Shown: piece by piece, positions 8,432-17,856 of the stretch | Layout: every line of letters starts with the position of its first letter | How positions within the stretch are numbered: the stretch's first letter is position 1 | IMG/VR virus record: IMGVR_UViG_3300045988_104813 | DNA: 40,494 bases | Source: a virus | Reading direction: 5' to 3' (one strand) | Position numbers and translations under genes: made by a program | Notes under the pieces: model-generated | Database searches by the model: none | What the model was told of the DNA's origin: nothing | What the model saw: only the letters and a program-made list of their open reading frames with translations

Positions 8432-8890
8432 ATGCGAGAGATACTATTCAGAGGTAAACGTATAGACAATGGAGAATGGATAACGGGCGGTATATTTCAG
8501 CAAAAAGCTGATGATGTAAAAGATGAAGTAGTGTATATAATTGATAATTCATCAAATGATGTTGACTGGGCACATAGGGTTATACCTGAAACAGTAGGAC
8601 AATTTACAGGAGTTACCGACAAAAAAGGAAACCGAGTCTTTGAGGGAAGTATATTCCGATATGAACCGCATTTCACAACGGAGAAAGCGTGTTTAGGAAT
8701 AGTTAAATACAGAAATACATACGACAGACAACGTGCGTGTAATGACTGTGGTTTTGTCATAGAGTGGCAACATGAGCCGTTATTGACGCTACGAGAAGAT
8801 TTATTATACTGGTGCGGTGACGGGAAATCAGCCAGTGTTATAGGCAATATACACGATATGAATGATAATCCCGAATTGTTTGAGGAATAA
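8432..8890 (+). CDS. YopX-family phage protein
   Basis: N-terminal ILFRGKRIDNGEWITG pattern characteristic of YopX. Confidence 0.55.
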   Translation: MREILFRGKRIDNGEWITGGIFQQKADDVKDEVVYIIDNSSNDVDWAHRVIPETVGQFTGVTDKKGNRVFEGSIFRYEPHFTTEKACLGIVKYRNTYDRQRACNDCGFVIEWQHEPLLTLREDLLYWCGDGKSASVIGNIHDMNDNPELFEE

Positions 8891-8893
8891 AAA

Positions 8894-9208
8894 ATGAAAG
8901 AATGGAAAGTCAAAAAGAATGAATTTGGAGAAGAATGGCACGAACTTCGTTTTAGCCCATTTTATGAAGATGATGATGAGGTAATTGCGAGCTTTGTTCA
9001 AGATGAAATGGATGATGAAGCATTTTATTATATATCAAAAGAATTAAGTGCAGACGATGACCTATTGTGGGCTGATAGTATAGATGACGCAAAGCAACAA
9101 ATCGAAGAAATGCTAATTGAGCATTGGAAAGATGAGATTGAATATTTAGAGGACAGATTAAAGGAATTTCAAGAAAAAAATAAACGGAGGAAAAGTAATG
9201 CAAGTTGA
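8894..9208 (+). CDS. Very acidic small protein (104 aa, many D/E); candidate DNA-mimic/anti-defence protein
   Basis: Track ORF; composition read directly. Confidence 0.5.
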   Translation: MKEWKVKKNEFGEEWHELRFSPFYEDDDEVIASFVQDEMDDEAFYYISKELSADDDLLWADSIDDAKQQIEEMLIEHWKDEIEYLEDRLKEFQEKNKRRKSNAS

Positions 9209-9728
9209 ATTAAAAGTGAACGGTAAAACCGTTCACGCTGAAATATCAGAAGAACAAGCTAAAATATTGGGATTGGTTGAGGATACGCCTAAAACTGGAT
9301 ATGAGAGGGGCAAAAACGGTAAACTGTATTATTGTGTTGAGGAAGACGGTCATCTGTTACGTTACGCAGAAGGAAATGATTCAGCAGATGATAATTTTTA
9401 TGGTATAGGTAATTATTACAGCGATAAAACCATTGCCGAGAACAATGCTCGTGCAGACAGATTGCAACGTTGTCTAAGACAATGGCAGGCACAAAACGAC
9501 GAGCCTATTTCAGTAGAAGATTGGAACAATGAAAGTAAAAAGAAGTGGTTTATTATATATAGTTCTGAAGAAATGTACGCAGAGTATTATTATATTATGC
9601 GATTACCTAATACAATATATTTCGCCACCAAGGAAAAAGCAGAGGAAGCTATCGAAGTATTCAAAGATGAACTGCTATGGTATTTTACCGAGTATGTTCA
9701 GAGATTAGACGAGATGCAAAATGACTAA
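9198..9728 (+). CDS. Hypothetical protein (176 aa)
   Basis: Track ORF; overlaps neighbours by a few nt (operon coupling). Confidence 0.55.
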   Translation: MQVELKVNGKTVHAEISEEQAKILGLVEDTPKTGYERGKNGKLYYCVEEDGHLLRYAEGNDSADDNFYGIGNYYSDKTIAENNARADRLQRCLRQWQAQNDEPISVEDWNNESKKKWFIIYSSEEMYAEYYYIMRLPNTIYFATKEKAEEAIEVFKDELLWYFTEYVQRLDEMQND

Positions 9729-10038
9729 AGAACAATTATGTTGGACGTGCCAGAAAGCTTGTGGTGGTTGTTCGTGGAGCAGTTGCTTTCAGCCTGTTGA
9801 GGGTTGGACTGCTGAAAAGGTACACCGCAAGACGTATGATTCGTATAGAATAACAAAGTGTCCGGAATATGTATCGGATAAAGCAAGCAATTCTGAAAAC
9901 AAGAAAAAGACACGAGTAACCAACAAAGAATTAGATACAATGAAAAGATTAAGAGATGATGGCCTATCATATTTTGAAATAGCAAAGATTGTAGACAGAA
10001 ACCCTGACGTGGTTAGGGTGAATTTGGTGAGGTGTTGA
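9721..10038 (+). CDS. Putative regulator: N-terminal Cys cluster (CWTCQKACGGCSWSSC) plus C-terminal HTH (LSYFEIAKIVDRNPDVVRVNL)
   Basis: Motifs read directly. Confidence 0.45.
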   Translation: MTKEQLCWTCQKACGGCSWSSCFQPVEGWTAEKVHRKTYDSYRITKCPEYVSDKASNSENKKKTRVTNKELDTMKRLRDDGLSYFEIAKIVDRNPDVVRVNLVRC

Positions 10039-10039
10039 T

Positions 10040-10702
10040 ATGGATAAAACAGCGAAGAAGTTAAAGCAGAAACGCAGAGCCGTAAGGCAGGCGATAAAGA
10101 ACGCCGAAGAAGAAAGAATATTAAAAAATTTTGATGAAATTGCAAAGAAACGCGGTATTAAGAAATTCAATAGAAAGAAAGCATTGCAGTCGTACAAGAT
10201 TGTTGAAAACGAAGTTACAACAGAGGGTGTTGTCAATCTTGTGGTAGTAGGTGCGTGGTATCTGCGTATAAAATGCAAATGGGGTCAAAAACGCGTGTGT
10301 CAATACATAGAGGGAGTTATTCGATATATTGGGGTTGTGTATAACCGTGAACGCGATATTGATAAACTCGCAGAGGAATTAAAAGATGAGTGTGATTTTG
10401 ATTATGAAAAACTGATGAACGATTTTGACCCACTAAAAATCAAGACAAGCACTGCCGAGCAAGACCATATTAAAATGGTTACGTGTGCAATGAAAAACAA
10501 TGCACCTATAATCCTGTATACGTTCTATTCAATGTTGAAATGGAAGAAGAAACGTATAACAGAATTAGGACAGGCAATAAAAGATGTTTTAATGGGTATG
10601 CAGGACGGCAAGCTGAAAGAGGTTAAAGATGTCGTAAGAAAAGAATGCGGTATGACATTCTATTACGACGGACGTATTGAATATTTAGACAGGAGGAATT
10701 GA
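10040..10702 (+). CDS. Hypothetical protein (220 aa)
   Basis: Track ORF. Confidence 0.55.
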   Translation: MDKTAKKLKQKRRAVRQAIKNAEEERILKNFDEIAKKRGIKKFNRKKALQSYKIVENEVTTEGVVNLVVVGAWYLRIKCKWGQKRVCQYIEGVIRYIGVVYNRERDIDKLAEELKDECDFDYEKLMNDFDPLKIKTSTAEQDHIKMVTCAMKNNAPIILYTFYSMLKWKKKRITELGQAIKDVLMGMQDGKLKEVKDVVRKECGMTFYYDGRIEYLDRRN

Positions 10703-10703
10703 T

Positions 10704-11105
10704 TTGACGAAAGAAGAGCTAAAACAGTATCGCAGTATTGTTGCAGAATTAAACGAGGTAAATGACAGAATAAACAGTAATACAGTACACGGTACTGTCA
10801 CAGGCTCTGACGCTGAATTTCCGTACGTCAAGCACTGTATTTCTGTGTCGGGTGTTGAGCCAACACATATATCTGATATTGTACTACGTCAACGATTGGA
10901 GCGGCAAAAAAACAAGATTGAATTGTTTGTTGCCGGTATATTAGACAGTGAAACACGTCGCATATTCCGATACAGGTACATAGACGGCACCGTAATGCCG
11001 TCATGGCAGTGGATTGCATTTAAGATAGGGCATTACGATGAGAGTTATCCACGAAGAAAACATAATAAATTTTTAAAAATGCCGAATTTGCCGAAAAAAG
11101 TGTGA
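10704..11105 (+). CDS. Putative late-gene transcriptional activator (sigma-70 region-4-like, DUF1492/ArpU/RinA-class)
   Basis: C-terminal RRIFRYRYIDG…SWQWIAFKIGHYDES resembles ECF region 4; last gene before a terminator and the packaging region. Confidence 0.45.
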   Translation: MTKEELKQYRSIVAELNEVNDRINSNTVHGTVTGSDAEFPYVKHCISVSGVEPTHISDIVLRQRLERQKNKIELFVAGILDSETRRIFRYRYIDGTVMPSWQWIAFKIGHYDESYPRRKHNKFLKMPNLPKKV

Positions 11106-11286
11106 TACAATTTATAATGCGAAAAGAATGAGCAAACAAAAAATAATGCAAAACATATATACAGTGCAATATTTTGTGTTCTATATCTTACCGCTCGTTA
11201 TTTTCGTAAAAAAGGTAGTGTATCGTCGTGAGATGATGGGTGAATATCTCGTGTGATTGGTGGGAGTGGAGATATTAAGTCAATTA

Positions 11287-11333
11287 AACAGATTGTATAT
11301 GTCAATCATATGCAGTCTGTTTTTTATTTTTGA
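11287..11333 (+). terminator. Rho-independent terminator (16-bp imperfect stem AAACAGATTGTATATG/CATATGCAGTCTGTTT plus TTTTTTATTTTT)
   Basis: Read directly; ends the early/middle operon. Confidence 0.55.
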
Positions 11334-11350
11334 ATGAAAGGGACATAACT

Positions 11351-12916
11351 ATGGAATTATTGCAATTAGTTGAAAAATTTAAAGATATTATCAATGTAAG
11401 CAAGATTGAAGATGCTGTAGATGAATTAAAAACAAAATTGTTAAATGATAATGAGTGTAAGAAGTTATGCGAAGATTGGATTTCAATATGTCCCGATTTA
11501 ACAAAAGATTATATGCAGATGATATTTCAATATTATTTTGCCGACCGTAAAGAGAAAATGCAAGACTACACACCAAAAAGTCTTGCAACGGCAGTCGCTG
11601 AATTATCAAAAAATGAAGATGAAAAGATATGTTTAGATTTATGTGCCGGTAGCGGAGCATTGACGATTCAGAAATGGAATAAGAATAATAATTTAAAATT
11701 TATCTGTAAGGAATACGATAGGCGAGTTATTCCGTTTTTATTATTTAATTTGGCAATTAGAAATATTGATGCCGAGGTCGTGCATTGTGATGTATTGGCA
11801 GATGAAACGTTTAAAGTGTACAGGACAAAAAAAGGCGATAGATTTGCAACAGTTGCAGAAATCGGTAAAAGTGAATTTAAGGCTGACGTCTGTATATCGA
11901 ATCCGCCGTACAATATGAAATGGGAACAACCTGTATTTGCACAATTACAGAATAGATTCTCACAGTGTGAAATTCCGCCGGAAAGCAATGCAAATTATGC
12001 GTTTGTGTTGACGGCATTAAATGAAATCAAGAGCAAGGCAAGTTTTATACTGCCGAATGGCATTTTAAGCACTGATAATAAAAAAGAGAAACAAATAAAA
12101 AAATATTTAGTCGAAATGAATTTTATCGAAAGTATAATTTTATGCCCCGATAAAATGTTTGAAGTAACGTCAATACCAACGTGTATTATTACATTCAACA
12201 AAAACAAACAACATTCGACAGTGGAAATGATTGACCTACGACAGAAATATGAAATTGAACAGCGAATGCAAAACGGGCAGTACGGAGGGGCAAGCCATAC
12301 AAACAGAACATACGCCAAAGAAGTTAAGATTATAACAGAAAGTCAAGTTCAAGACGTATTACTGCAAATTGAACAGCGTGGAAATGTAGCCGGTTATTGT
12401 AAATCTGTAAGCATTGAAGAAATAAAAAACAATGATTATGTATTGATACCGAGTCGATATATAGATTTTGATACGGTGGAAGAAGTGCATAGACCGTATG
12501 TCGATATAGTGAATGATTTGAACCGTGTTATAGCTGAAAAAAACACTTGCAAATTGACAATAAACGAAACTATCGCTAAATCAATAGGTTTTGATGTGGA
12601 AACGCTAAAGCAAGACAATAGTACATCAGATGGATTATCAGAATTAACAGAGAAACTATGTGGCAAAAAGATTGTGAAAAGTGACTATTTCAGAACGACA
12701 AAAAAGAAAAATGAAATAGTATTTTCAAACAACAGCAAAGAAAATATTTCGAGCATTTTTATGCTGATATTCAATATGTGGAAACAACACATATACTACC
12801 TAAACATCGAGGAAAACAGATATTTAGTCGAACTAAGAGATGCACTATTACCGGAACTGATGAGCGGTAAGATTGATTTAAGTGATATACAAACAGAAAG
12901 CGAGGGTGTGCAATGA
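11351..12916 (+). CDS. N6-adenine DNA methyltransferase (HsdM-like, NPPY motif) fused to an HsdS-like target-recognition domain; no endonuclease partner in the window
   Basis: Motif I DLCAGSGAL, motif IV ISNPPYNMKW; C-terminal YVLIPSRYI and LRDALLPELMSGKIDLS resemble HsdS conserved regions; start moved to ATG 11351 (AAAGGGA RBS). Confidence 0.75.
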   Translation: MELLQLVEKFKDIINVSKIEDAVDELKTKLLNDNECKKLCEDWISICPDLTKDYMQMIFQYYFADRKEKMQDYTPKSLATAVAELSKNEDEKICLDLCAGSGALTIQKWNKNNNLKFICKEYDRRVIPFLLFNLAIRNIDAEVVHCDVLADETFKVYRTKKGDRFATVAEIGKSEFKADVCISNPPYNMKWEQPVFAQLQNRFSQCEIPPESNANYAFVLTALNEIKSKASFILPNGILSTDNKKEKQIKKYLVEMNFIESIILCPDKMFEVTSIPTCIITFNKNKQHSTVEMIDLRQKYEIEQRMQNGQYGGASHTNRTYAKEVKIITESQVQDVLLQIEQRGNVAGYCKSVSIEEIKNNDYVLIPSRYIDFDTVEEVHRPYVDIVNDLNRVIAEKNTCKLTINETIAKSIGFDVETLKQDNSTSDGLSELTEKLCGKKIVKSDYFRTTKKKNEIVFSNNSKENISSIFMLIFNMWKQHIYYLNIEENRYLVELRDALLPELMSGKIDLSDIQTESEGVQ

Positions 12917-13050
12917 GTACATACAGATATAAATTTAAAAAATGGCTATTTATACGCAAATGGCGATTTAATAATCGTAAATGGTGCGAGTGCCGGCACA
13001 AGCGCAGAACGTTAGAACGTGCGTTGACAAAAAACGGATATACGATGTAG
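12913..13050 (+). CDS. Possible 45-aa highly basic K/R/W-rich peptide (MSTYRYKFKKWLFIRKWRFNNRKWCECRHKRR…), translationally coupled (ATGA) to the methyltransferase; alternatively non-coding pac-region repeats
   Basis: ORF read directly; below the track cut-off; contains three AAATGG(C/T) repeats. Confidence 0.2.
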   Translation: MSTYRYKFKKWLFIRKWRFNNRKWCECRHKRRTLERALTKNGYTM

Positions 13051-13083
13051 TTAATCGGAAAATGTGAAAGCGAGGTGATAAGA

Positions 13084-13557
13084 GTGACTGAAAAGCAAAA
13101 GTTGTTTTGTGAGGAATATTTGATTGATTTGAACGCGACACAAGCGGCATTAAGAGCGGGATATTCGGAAAAGACGGCGTATTCGATTGGAAATGAGAAC
13201 TTGAAGAAACCTGAAATTCAAGAATACATACAAAAGCGGCTAAAAGAGAAAGAGGACGCTCTTATCGCCAAACAAGATGAGGTGTTAAAGACGTTAACCG
13301 CCGTTATGCGACGTGAGAAACCCGAAACGGTTGTTGTGACGTGCAAAGCACGTAAATCACACTATGACGACAAGGGCAAGAAAGTCACTGACGAGGCGGA
13401 GCAACCGATATGTGTTGAAATACCGACAAAGGTGTCGGACGTAAACAAAGCGGCGGAAATGTTGGGTAAATACTACGCATTGTTCACAGAAAAGCTGAAT
13501 GTTGACGGTGATATGGACTACAGCATTAAAATTGATTACGGTGGTGAGGACGAATGA
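13084..13557 (+). CDS. terS: Terminase small subunit
   Basis: N-terminal LTEKQKLFCEEYLIDLNATQAALRAGYS pattern typical of phage TerS; probable GTG start with GAGGTGA RBS; directly upstream of terL. Confidence 0.8.
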   Translation: MTEKQKLFCEEYLIDLNATQAALRAGYSEKTAYSIGNENLKKPEIQEYIQKRLKEKEDALIAKQDEVLKTLTAVMRREKPETVVVTCKARKSHYDDKGKKVTDEAEQPICVEIPTKVSDVNKAAEMLGKYYALFTEKLNVDGDMDYSIKIDYGGEDE

Positions 13558-14792
13558 ACAAAATAACAGTACCGTTCAATCCGATATTTAAGCCTGTACA
13601 TCAATGTAAAAAGCGATACGTTGTGATGAAAGGCAGTGCCGGAAGTGGCAAGAGTGTTGATACCGCACAACTGTACATATTGCGTTTAATGCGTGACAAA
13701 GGGCGTAATTTGGTATGTGTGCGAAAGTCCGATATAACAAACCGTGACAGTACATTTGCCGAATTAGAATCAGCCATAAACCGTATGGGCGTTGGCAGAG
13801 CGTGGAGAGTTACGCAAAGCCCGTTGTCGTTCACCTGTATAAACGGCAACAAGATTATATTTCGTGGTGTCAACGATAACAAACAACGCGAAAAGCTGAA
13901 ATCAATCACATTTGCGAACGGAAAATTAACGGACGTATGGATTGAAGAGGCTACGGAGCTTGTGCAACAGGATTTTGAAATTATAGATGACCGTTTGAGA
14001 GGTGAACTCCCCGACGGTCTTTTTTATCAGATAAAATTGACATTTAACCCTGTATCGTCAAGTCACTGGATAAAGAAAGTGTTTTTCGATATACAGGACG
14101 ATAACGTCTTAACGCACCAAAGCACATATTTAACAAACCGATTTTGTGACGAGGCATACAGACAACGTATGCTACGTCGTAAAGAAGTTGACCCTGAGGG
14201 CTACAGGATTTACGGACTGGGTGAATGGGGCGAAACAGGCGGATTGATATTCTCAAATTATCGCATTGAAGAATTTGAAACAGATATGAGCCGTTTTGAC
14301 GCTATGGCGATAGGACAGGACTTCGGATTTAATCACGCAAACGCCATATTGACGTTAGGTTATAAGGACGGTGATATTTACGTTTGTAATGAACTGTATG
14401 TATACGAAATGGATACAACCGAAATTATCACTAAGGCTGACGGGAATTTCAGCAAAAGTCTTGTAATGTGGTGCGACAGTGCAGAGCCGGACCGTATAAA
14501 AATGTGGCGAAAGGCAGGCTATCGCGCAAGGGCAGTTGTTAAAAATCCGAACAGCATACAATCGCAGATTGACTGGTTAAAAGGCAGAAAGATACACATT
14601 CACCCGTCTTGCGTGAACGTGATAAAAGAGATACAGCAATGGCGTTGGCGAGTTGATGAGAAGTTGGGCGAGTATACTGACGAACCTGTCAATGTATTTG
14701 ATGACGCAATGGCGGCACTGAGATACGGCGTTGAGAGTTGGCGCAAGGATAAAAAAGCTAAAATCTATTCAAGAGAGGAGTACGGAATATGA
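13554..14792 (+). CDS. terL: Terminase large subunit (PBSX/Terminase_3-type)
   Basis: Walker A GSAGSGKS; size and position. Confidence 0.9.
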   Translation: MNKITVPFNPIFKPVHQCKKRYVVMKGSAGSGKSVDTAQLYILRLMRDKGRNLVCVRKSDITNRDSTFAELESAINRMGVGRAWRVTQSPLSFTCINGNKIIFRGVNDNKQREKLKSITFANGKLTDVWIEEATELVQQDFEIIDDRLRGELPDGLFYQIKLTFNPVSSSHWIKKVFFDIQDDNVLTHQSTYLTNRFCDEAYRQRMLRRKEVDPEGYRIYGLGEWGETGGLIFSNYRIEEFETDMSRFDAMAIGQDFGFNHANAILTLGYKDGDIYVCNELYVYEMDTTEIITKADGNFSKSLVMWCDSAEPDRIKMWRKAGYRARAVVKNPNSIQSQIDWLKGRKIHIHPSCVNVIKEIQQWRWRVDEKLGEYTDEPVNVFDDAMAALRYGVESWRKDKKAKIYSREEYGI

Positions 14793-16135
14793 TAATTGAT
14801 GAAGATATAGTCGCAGGCGGTGTGACACCGTTTATCATAACAAAATTGATTGAACGGCACGAGCGAGAGCGACAGAGATACCGATTGTTACACGATTACT
14901 ATATGGGCGACCACCGTATTTTAAGCCGCAGAAAAAGAGGCAAAAACGTGGCAAACAACCGTATAATGTGCAACCACGCAAAGTACATAACAGATATGAC
15001 GCAGAGTTATCTTGTCGGCAATCCTGTAACATACGCAGTATCGGACGAATACGATATTGAGGCAATCAAAAACGAATATTTGGAACAGGATATGCCGAGT
15101 GTTGACAGTGAAATCGTAAAGAATATGAGCATTTACGGCAAAGCGTATGAACTGATTTATGCGGATGAAAAAAGCAAACCGAGAAGTGTACGATTGGATC
15201 CGGAGCATACATTTGTATGTTACTCACAGTCGGCATTTGAAAAGCCGTTGTTTGCGGTGTATTACTACAAGAAATACGACCTTGACGGCTACTGCACAGG
15301 CAGTATTTGTCGTGTGTATGATGAGTCGTTTATATATACATACACAGGTCTTGACAGCTATACGGCATTGTCATTGCAAAATGTTGAACCGCATTACTTT
15401 TTTGATGTACCTATTATCGAATACAGAAATAATACGGAAATGCAGGGCGATTTTGAACAGCTTATAACGCAGATTGACGCATACAATGTGTTGATGTCAG
15501 ACCGAATAAACGACAAAGAGCAATTCGTTAATTCGCTGTTGTTTTTGTGTAATTGCGACCTTGACACCGAACAGGCAAAAAAATTATTGGTAGAACGTAT
15601 CTTAATGGGCGACGGTGATGCAAAGGCGGAGTATCTATCAAAGGTGTTGAACGAGGCTGATACAAAGGTGTTGCGTGACGACATCAAGGACGATATACAC
15701 CGTTTGTCACACGTTCCTGATTTGTCGGACGAAAGTTTCGGCAATAATTTGTCGGGCGTGGCGATAAAGTATAAGCTGTTGGGATTTGAACAGCACGTCA
15801 AGAACAAAGAACGTAATTTTGCTAAGACGTTGAGAAAACGTTTGGAGATTTACAACAATTTCTTAGTGACATTAAACGCAATGAAAGAAGTGCCGTCGCA
15901 CAGAGTTGATATAGGATTTACATATAACTTGCCTGCAAACGAACTTGAAATAGCACAGATGATTAATTACCTCAAAGGTCTTGCGTCTGACGAAACACTT
16001 TTAGAGCGTCTGCCGTTTATAACAGACGCAAAGGAAGAAGTTGAAATCGCACGCAGAGAACAGGCTGAAAAGTCCGCCGAAGATATGCGTATCGCTGAAA
16101 GTTCGGCAAGGAAAGTAAACTACAATGAAGAGTAA
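14789..16135 (+). CDS. Portal protein (SPP1 gp6-like)
   Basis: About 448 aa immediately after terL; sequence character of SPP1-type portals. Confidence 0.75.
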   Translation: MIIDEDIVAGGVTPFIITKLIERHERERQRYRLLHDYYMGDHRILSRRKRGKNVANNRIMCNHAKYITDMTQSYLVGNPVTYAVSDEYDIEAIKNEYLEQDMPSVDSEIVKNMSIYGKAYELIYADEKSKPRSVRLDPEHTFVCYSQSAFEKPLFAVYYYKKYDLDGYCTGSICRVYDESFIYTYTGLDSYTALSLQNVEPHYFFDVPIIEYRNNTEMQGDFEQLITQIDAYNVLMSDRINDKEQFVNSLLFLCNCDLDTEQAKKLLVERILMGDGDAKAEYLSKVLNEADTKVLRDDIKDDIHRLSHVPDLSDESFGNNLSGVAIKYKLLGFEQHVKNKERNFAKTLRKRLEIYNNFLVTLNAMKEVPSHRVDIGFTYNLPANELEIAQMINYLKGLASDETLLERLPFITDAKEEVEIARREQAEKSAEDMRIAESSARKVNYNEE

Positions 16136-17627
16136 GGCATATTGGGTAAAACGTGCCGTTGAAGTTGAAACATATTTGCAATCGCAAGCGGACAGCGTTA
16201 AGGACGGTGTAATTAAGGCGTATGAGCGAGCAATCAAAAATGTAAACAATGACATTGAGAAAACGTTCAAAGCCTATATTTCGACCGATATACCCGAAAA
16301 AGAGGCACGCCGATTAATGAGCATAGCCGACAGCGACAAACAGTACGAAGAACTTCTTGAACTGTATGCCGAAACAGACGACAAGACAGTCAAAAAAGAA
16401 ATTCTAAACCGTATAAATGCACAGGCATACGGTGCGAGAATTAGCCGATTAGAGGGACTGAAACGGAATGTATATATTTACTTTAGGCGCGTTGCAAACG
16501 AGGCTATAAAGGAGCAAAAGAAACTGTATGACAGTGCGGTAAAGACGGCGTATTATACGAATATTTTTGATACCGCACAAGGTTTAAACTGCGGTATTGA
16601 TTTTCCACTTGTACCGCAAAAGGCGGTTAATAAAGTGTTAAGTGAGCCGTGGCACGGTCACAACTACAGCGAGAGAGTGTGGATACATAACGACAGATTT
16701 ATACAGGCAGTCGGACAGACGATTGAGGACGGTATAATCAGCGGTCACAGTGTAAGCCGTATGACCGATAAGCTGATTGATTACGTCAAAGATACTGCAC
16801 CGGGTGGAATACGAACATCAGCCGAAACACTTGTGCGAAGTGAAACGGCACATTTTATGAACCAAGGTCAGAGAATGGCATATGAGGAAATCGGCATAAA
16901 ACAGTATCGTTTTGTTGCGGCACTGTCTGAATTGACGTGTGACAGGTGCGGAAGTCTTGACGGTAGCGTGTTTGATACGGATAAAGCCGTTGAGGGCGAA
17001 AACTTCCCACCGATACACCCACGTTGCCGTTGTGTTACGATTATGGCAGATGTGAATTTGTCAACTCGTATCGCCCGTGACCCGTTGACGGGTGAAAATT
17101 ACAAGGTTGACGGCGGTATGACATTTAACGAATGGAAAAACAGTTTGTCGGACGAGCAAAAAAATGCGTTAAAATATGTTGCAAATAGTGAAAAACGTGG
17201 TATAATAGAGATGAAAAGAAAAAAGAACGATAATAAATCAGAAACTATGCCCAAAAAGCAACTTCAAAAAATAATTAAAAGGTTTAAGAAGTTGGGAGGA
17301 ACTATTCAAATGAGCGAGGAAACGGATAAATATTTGGATAGTAAATTTGCAGAAGCAATTACATATGATGCGCATACAATTTTATTACGTCAAAAACCTA
17401 GTCGTGCCAGTGTATTTGAAGAGCTTATACATTCCGCTCAATATGGAACGGGGAAAAATGATGGAAGTTATATTAGTCGATTAAAGTGTGAAATAGAGGC
17501 ACAAGAGAAATTACTAAGATACCAAAAAGCATACAGACTTACTAAAATTGAGGTCGAACAAACAGAAAAGGCTTTAAATGATTACAAAAATGAATTAAAA
17601 CTATACTATAAAAAAGGCGGTGTGTGA
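16125..17627 (+). CDS. Head morphogenesis protein, Phage_Mu_F/SPP1 gp7 family, with about 150 aa extra AT-rich C-terminal module
   Basis: DRCGSLDG…HPRCRC signature of the MuF family; C-terminal 350-500 region unrecognised and clearly lower in GC. Confidence 0.8.
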   Translation: MKSKAYWVKRAVEVETYLQSQADSVKDGVIKAYERAIKNVNNDIEKTFKAYISTDIPEKEARRLMSIADSDKQYEELLELYAETDDKTVKKEILNRINAQAYGARISRLEGLKRNVYIYFRRVANEAIKEQKKLYDSAVKTAYYTNIFDTAQGLNCGIDFPLVPQKAVNKVLSEPWHGHNYSERVWIHNDRFIQAVGQTIEDGIISGHSVSRMTDKLIDYVKDTAPGGIRTSAETLVRSETAHFMNQGQRMAYEEIGIKQYRFVAALSELTCDRCGSLDGSVFDTDKAVEGENFPPIHPRCRCVTIMADVNLSTRIARDPLTGENYKVDGGMTFNEWKNSLSDEQKNALKYVANSEKRGIIEMKRKKNDNKSETMPKKQLQKIIKRFKKLGGTIQMSEETDKYLDSKFAEAITYDAHTILLRQKPSRASVFEELIHSAQYGTGKNDGSYISRLKCEIEAQEKLLRYQKAYRLTKIEVEQTEKALNDYKNELKLYYKKGGV

Positions 17628-17856
17628 TATGGATATAATAAATTCATTGAAAATTGGACAAAATATATCGGTACAAATCAATGACAACGGTATAAACTTA
17701 AAAAATGGGGGATATGTTGCAGATGAAAACGGAAACCGCTTTAAAATATTATCAGTAGCGATGATAAATAATCATAAACGATTAATTGATAGTAATGCAG
17801 AGTTATTGTTGGCGGGAGATGTTAATAATATCGGAAAAAAATTATATACGATATGA
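17620..17856 (+). CDS. Small hypothetical protein (78 aa) immediately after the MuF gene; candidate immunity/partner protein
   Basis: Track ORF; overlaps the MuF stop; AT-rich. Confidence 0.45.
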   Translation: MCDMDIINSLKIGQNISVQINDNGINLKNGGYVADENGNRFKILSVAMINNHKRLIDSNAELLLAGDVNNIGKKLYTI

